A stretch of DNA of 64,000 nt, taken from an uncultured Fibrobacterota bacterium (GTDB taxonomy: Bacteria; Fibrobacterota; Chitinivibrionia; Chitinivibrionales; FEN-1185). How positions within the stretch are numbered: the first letter of the stretch is position 1; the number at the start of each line of letters is the position of its first letter. Where the stretch lies: contig CAVWBU010000049.1 in NCBI GenBank assembly GCA_963753345.1, positions 192,001 through 256,000 on the forward strand, written 5' to 3'. Positions 60,933 through 64,000 of this stretch are shown here, in pieces. The position numbers were made by a program, and so were the translations under genes. The notes under the pieces were generated by a model. That model was not told where the DNA came from. It saw only the letters and a list, made by a program, of their open reading frames with translations, and searched no databases.

Positions 60933-61096
60933 TGGGCGTTTCCCCAAGAAAAGCCGCATGACAGTGCGGCTTTTCTTGGGGTCGGCCCTCCTTCCGGTCT
61001 CGGCCTTCGGCCTCGGGCCGCCTCGGCCCGATGGGCCCACAGGGCCGGGTCCGGGCGGCATCCCGCTATGGCGGGACCTCCAGTCCGGCCTAACGC
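60933..61096 (+). repeat. Palindromic module Y copy
   Basis: TGGGCGTTTCCCC...GGGGTCGG..CTCCTTCCGGTC...TCCCGCTATGGCGGGA...CCTAACGC; matches 25522-25703 and the reverse complement of 21396-21539. Confidence 0.8.
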
Positions 61097-61330
61097 AGGG
61101 CATAAGACACCGCCACAATTGTCAATACTACCTCCGCTAACTGCGTGGTATTCTTCCTTGATCGCATCAACATGTGATCTGCTCACCACCGTTCTGCAAT
61201 GGCAAGGGATTGCTCGAAAAAAAATGGCGAAGAATCCGTTCCGCAGCGTATCTTAGTGACAAGAGCGAGGGCATTGGTTTCCCGAACCATGACGGATGGC
61301 AAGTGAATTTTACACGTTTAACAAGTTCTA

Positions 61331-61492
61331 TTGAAGAACCCCGCAGCACCGCGACTGCGACAGCATACAACGCTACAGGAGCAGTCGCGACAGCGAACCT
61401 GCGGGGAATCTTCCATCCCTATGGAAAGAAAACATACTTATAGTCGCTCGTATTCCCCGGAGCAAGCTCCGGGGAATACGCTCGCTGTGGGA
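61331..61492 (-). mobile_element. 162-bp non-autonomous palindromic element (IS200/IS605-type ends)
   Basis: Homologous to 15506-15622; the paralogous leader at ~59261-59275 shows the empty site AAGTTCTA|TTCACC. Confidence 0.85.
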
Positions 61493-61518
61493 TTCACCAA
61501 AAAATGGGGGAGGGTGAA

Positions 61519-63096
61519 ATGAAAAGAACAGCAGTAGCGGGTCTGATGGCGGCGTTTTTCGTCTGGTCTGTCTTTTCCCAGACCGTCAACATTTGCGGAA
61601 AGGTGACTGACCCTTCTGGAAATCCCCTGACCCACACGGTGGTCAGGCTGGGCCAGGCAACGCAGGATTACGGTTTCGGGCCGATGCCGTATCTGGTAAC
61701 TACGGACGCCAACGGCAATTACCAACTGGGATCAGGAAACTGCAACTTAGTAGGAGGCGTCATCCCGCGGAGCACGTTGCTGAGCGGCGATGCCTATCCA
61801 AAACCGGTATTCACGGGAGGAAAAGTGCTGTTCAGCGTGCTTCCGGATAAAGCCTGGGTGAAGATGAGCTTGTATGACCTGGCCGGCCGGTTCGTAAGAG
61901 TCGTGATGAACAGCGTACAGACCAGGGGAAATTACTCCGTATCGATTGACATGCGCGGGATTTCGTCCCAGTATTATCTGCTTCGTGCAACCATCAACGG
62001 CGCGACAACCGTATTAAAATTCCGACCGCTTTCGCGGGCCCGAGGTGCAGGTATTGCCCAAAACGCTCCCGAATTTCAGCCAAGGCTTCAAAAACTCGCG
62101 GCCGTGAAGGACACGCTGCGCGCAACCGAGCCGGGCTACTCGATCGGAGTCACACCGATTGACACGTTGGCGGGGCATTACGATTTCGTTTTGACCAAGA
62201 CCACCACCTGGACGGGCGATGCGGCCTCAATCGCCGCCTTCTGGGGGGACACGAGCACCTATCCCAAGAAGGGTTCGACTCCCCAGTATATAGTCCTGAA
62301 CAGGACCAACGGCGCATGGCCCGACGCCAAGATTTACTGGAGCCATGAGCAGGGCGGAACAAAGGTGCCGCTTACGCAAACGAATATGAAGGTACTCCAA
62401 AGCGAGCGGCTCTATATTTATATCGCACCTTTGGATTCCCAATCCAGGTACTTCGATTTTCTCGAGGTCAATTCGAACGGCGTCAGTTGGGCCGGCAATA
62501 CCACCAGGGTTGACGGATGGAGACTTCCGATCGCCTTCAGGTTGAAAACCACCACCGGCATCGATACCATAATGGGCGATGAGTATGAAACGTTCTTTCA
62601 ATCACGCCAGGCGAAATTTGATGAATTTCTGAACGAGGTGCCGAAGGAATTCACCCCTCTCGCCACGGTGAATTTTGCCAATATCTATTCACCCCAGATG
62701 ATGGCGGTCAATTATTACAACACGGGCGGTGTGTATGCGACGTATTTCGACGAGTATCAGGACTCGGTTATCGCCCACAACCCCGGTGCACCCGCCAAAA
62801 CGACTCCCTGGAACATTTTGGCCTGCGCGGGTCCACTGGGCGCTTCGCCCGATTATTGCGCCGCCTACAACAGACACGTCGGAACCCTTCCGCAGGGTGC
62901 AAATTTCGCGAACTGGCGCACCAACGATTCCGCATTGTACTATCAGACGGCGCCATGCAACTATTTCTCGAGGTGGTGCCATCGCCGCGCGATAGACAAT
63001 TTAACCTACGGGTTTGCCTATGACGACGACGGCGGCCATGAGTCGTACATGAATCCCGACAACGTTCAATGGATAGCGGTTGCGATAGGCTGGTAG
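61519..63096 (+). CDS. GH64-like paralog 4 (intact)
   Basis: Closest to paralog 1; NYFSRWCH...TYGFAYDD; ends IAVAIGW. Confidence 0.8.
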   Translation: MKRTAVAGLMAAFFVWSVFSQTVNICGKVTDPSGNPLTHTVVRLGQATQDYGFGPMPYLVTTDANGNYQLGSGNCNLVGGVIPRSTLLSGDAYPKPVFTGGKVLFSVLPDKAWVKMSLYDLAGRFVRVVMNSVQTRGNYSVSIDMRGISSQYYLLRATINGATTVLKFRPLSRARGAGIAQNAPEFQPRLQKLAAVKDTLRATEPGYSIGVTPIDTLAGHYDFVLTKTTTWTGDAASIAAFWGDTSTYPKKGSTPQYIVLNRTNGAWPDAKIYWSHEQGGTKVPLTQTNMKVLQSERLYIYIAPLDSQSRYFDFLEVNSNGVSWAGNTTRVDGWRLPIAFRLKTTTGIDTIMGDEYETFFQSRQAKFDEFLNEVPKEFTPLATVNFANIYSPQMMAVNYYNTGGVYATYFDEYQDSVIAHNPGAPAKTTPWNILACAGPLGASPDYCAAYNRHVGTLPQGANFANWRTNDSALYYQTAPCNYFSRWCHRRAIDNLTYGFAYDDDGGHESYMNPDNVQWIAVAIGW

Positions 63097-63126
63097 CAGG
63101 CTGAGAAGCCTGCGGCGTTTTCCCGC

Positions 63127-63157
63127 AAAGAACCACGGCCTTTGGCCGTGGTTCTTT
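63127..63157. terminator. Intrinsic terminator
   Basis: AAAGAACCACGGCC-TTT-GGCCGTGGTTCTTT; same stem as 57298. Confidence 0.8.
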
Positions 63158-63211
63158 ACTTTTGGGATACGAATAGCGGGATTGAAAGCGGCGACGCAGG
63201 TCCCGCTTCAC

Positions 63212-64000
63212 TCAGACGGTTTTTTGATGAAATTCCTCCGCGACAACCCGGTTGCGGCCTTCATTCTTTGCCCTGTACAGCAATTCGTCAACCTTGGAAA
63301 CGATGCTGTCGATGGTGAGGGTGCCCTTATCGGCCGATGGTTCCATGGAAAGAACGCCAAAGCTGGCCGTGACCCGCAGGTTATCATCAGGTGAGATAAA
63401 AACCTTTGTCTCAGTCGAGGTGCGAAAACGTTCCGCCACCGCCACGGCGCCCTTCATCGGGGTATTCGGCAATACGATCAAGAATTCTTCTCCGCCGTAA
63501 CGCACGGCCCAATCGATATCTTTACGGGTTGATCGAATGAGAATGGAACTGAATTCCTTGAGCACCAGGTCACCTTTGGCATGGCCGTGCTTATCGTTGA
63601 TCTTTTTAAAATTGTCAAGATCACACATGACAATCGACAAGGGACCGCCGTAGCGCCGCAGTCTGGTAATCTCTTTGCCAAGATTGTCCACAAAATAACG
63701 CCGGTTAAAGCAATCGGTCAATTCATCGTGGACCGACAATTCATGCAGTTTTTCGTTGAGCGATCTCAGTTCCGATGTCCGCTCGTCAACCATGCGTTGC
63801 AGCCCGGTCCGGTGCTCAACCACCATCACGGCCATCCGATTAAAACTTCTTGCCAACGACCCCACCTCACCGCCGCTGTCATCCCAGGCCGGCACCGTGC
63901 CGTCTTCGGCAAACGTGTCGACCGCGGCGGTAAGTCTTCGTATCGGTTCGGCGATTGACCGGCTCAATACGTAGCTTCCGCCTATGGAGATGATAATCGC
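63212..64000 (-). CDS. HAMP + GGDEF diguanylate cyclase (5' end outside the window)
   Basis: IAEPIRRL...EVGSLARSFNRM HAMP; DELTDCFNRR, DLDNFKKIND, RYGGEEF. Confidence 0.9.
   Translation of the reverse strand, partial: AIIISIGGSYVLSRSIAEPIRRLTAAVDTFAEDGTVPAWDDSGGEVGSLARSFNRMAVMVVEHRTGLQRMVDERTSELRSLNEKLHELSVHDELTDCFNRRYFVDNLGKEITRLRRYGGPLSIVMCDLDNFKKINDKHGHAKGDLVLKEFSSILIRSTRKDIDWAVRYGGEEFLIVLPNTPMKGAVAVAERFRTSTETKVFISPDDNLRVTASFGVLSMEPSADKGTLTIDSIVSKVDELLYRAKNEGRNRVVAEEFHQKTV

Overview
GC-rich bacterial chromosomal segment. The fibro-slime proteins and their C-terminal domains suggest Fibrobacterota (Chitinivibrionia/Chitinispirillales-like); this is inference only. Roughly 1-26 kb is housekeeping and signalling: tRNA-Leu, mutL, mtaB, ftsY, tsaD, an aspartate-less receiver, a Big-1 surface protein, radical SAM genes, a pseudouridine synthase, GGDEF/HD-GYP plus STAS, nifU, a FadD-ACP-acyltransferase fusion, an MFS transporter and an HDAC-family enzyme. 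Roughly 27-47 kb is a fibro-slime surface-protein cluster. Three tandem genes there carry 1, 2 and 3 copies of a ~330-aa stalk module, and all four transcription units share an exact TGAAC-N16-GCGACT promoter motif. After tRNA-fMet (48747) lies an accessory region punctuated by tRNA 3'-end relics. It carries a GH76, a LamG lipoprotein, a TIR-domain protein and four tandem GH64-like beta-1,3-glucanase paralogs with their own shared promoter motif. Two families of small palindromic elements occur. One is a 117-162 bp IS200/IS605-type non-autonomous element: one copy sits in frame inside a radical SAM-associated gene, and the other has a demonstrable empty site in a paralog. The other is a modular palindrome/8-mer-array element. 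About eight single-base indels break otherwise intact genes and are probably assembly errors. No CRISPR array, rRNA, integrase, transposase or reverse transcriptase was seen.
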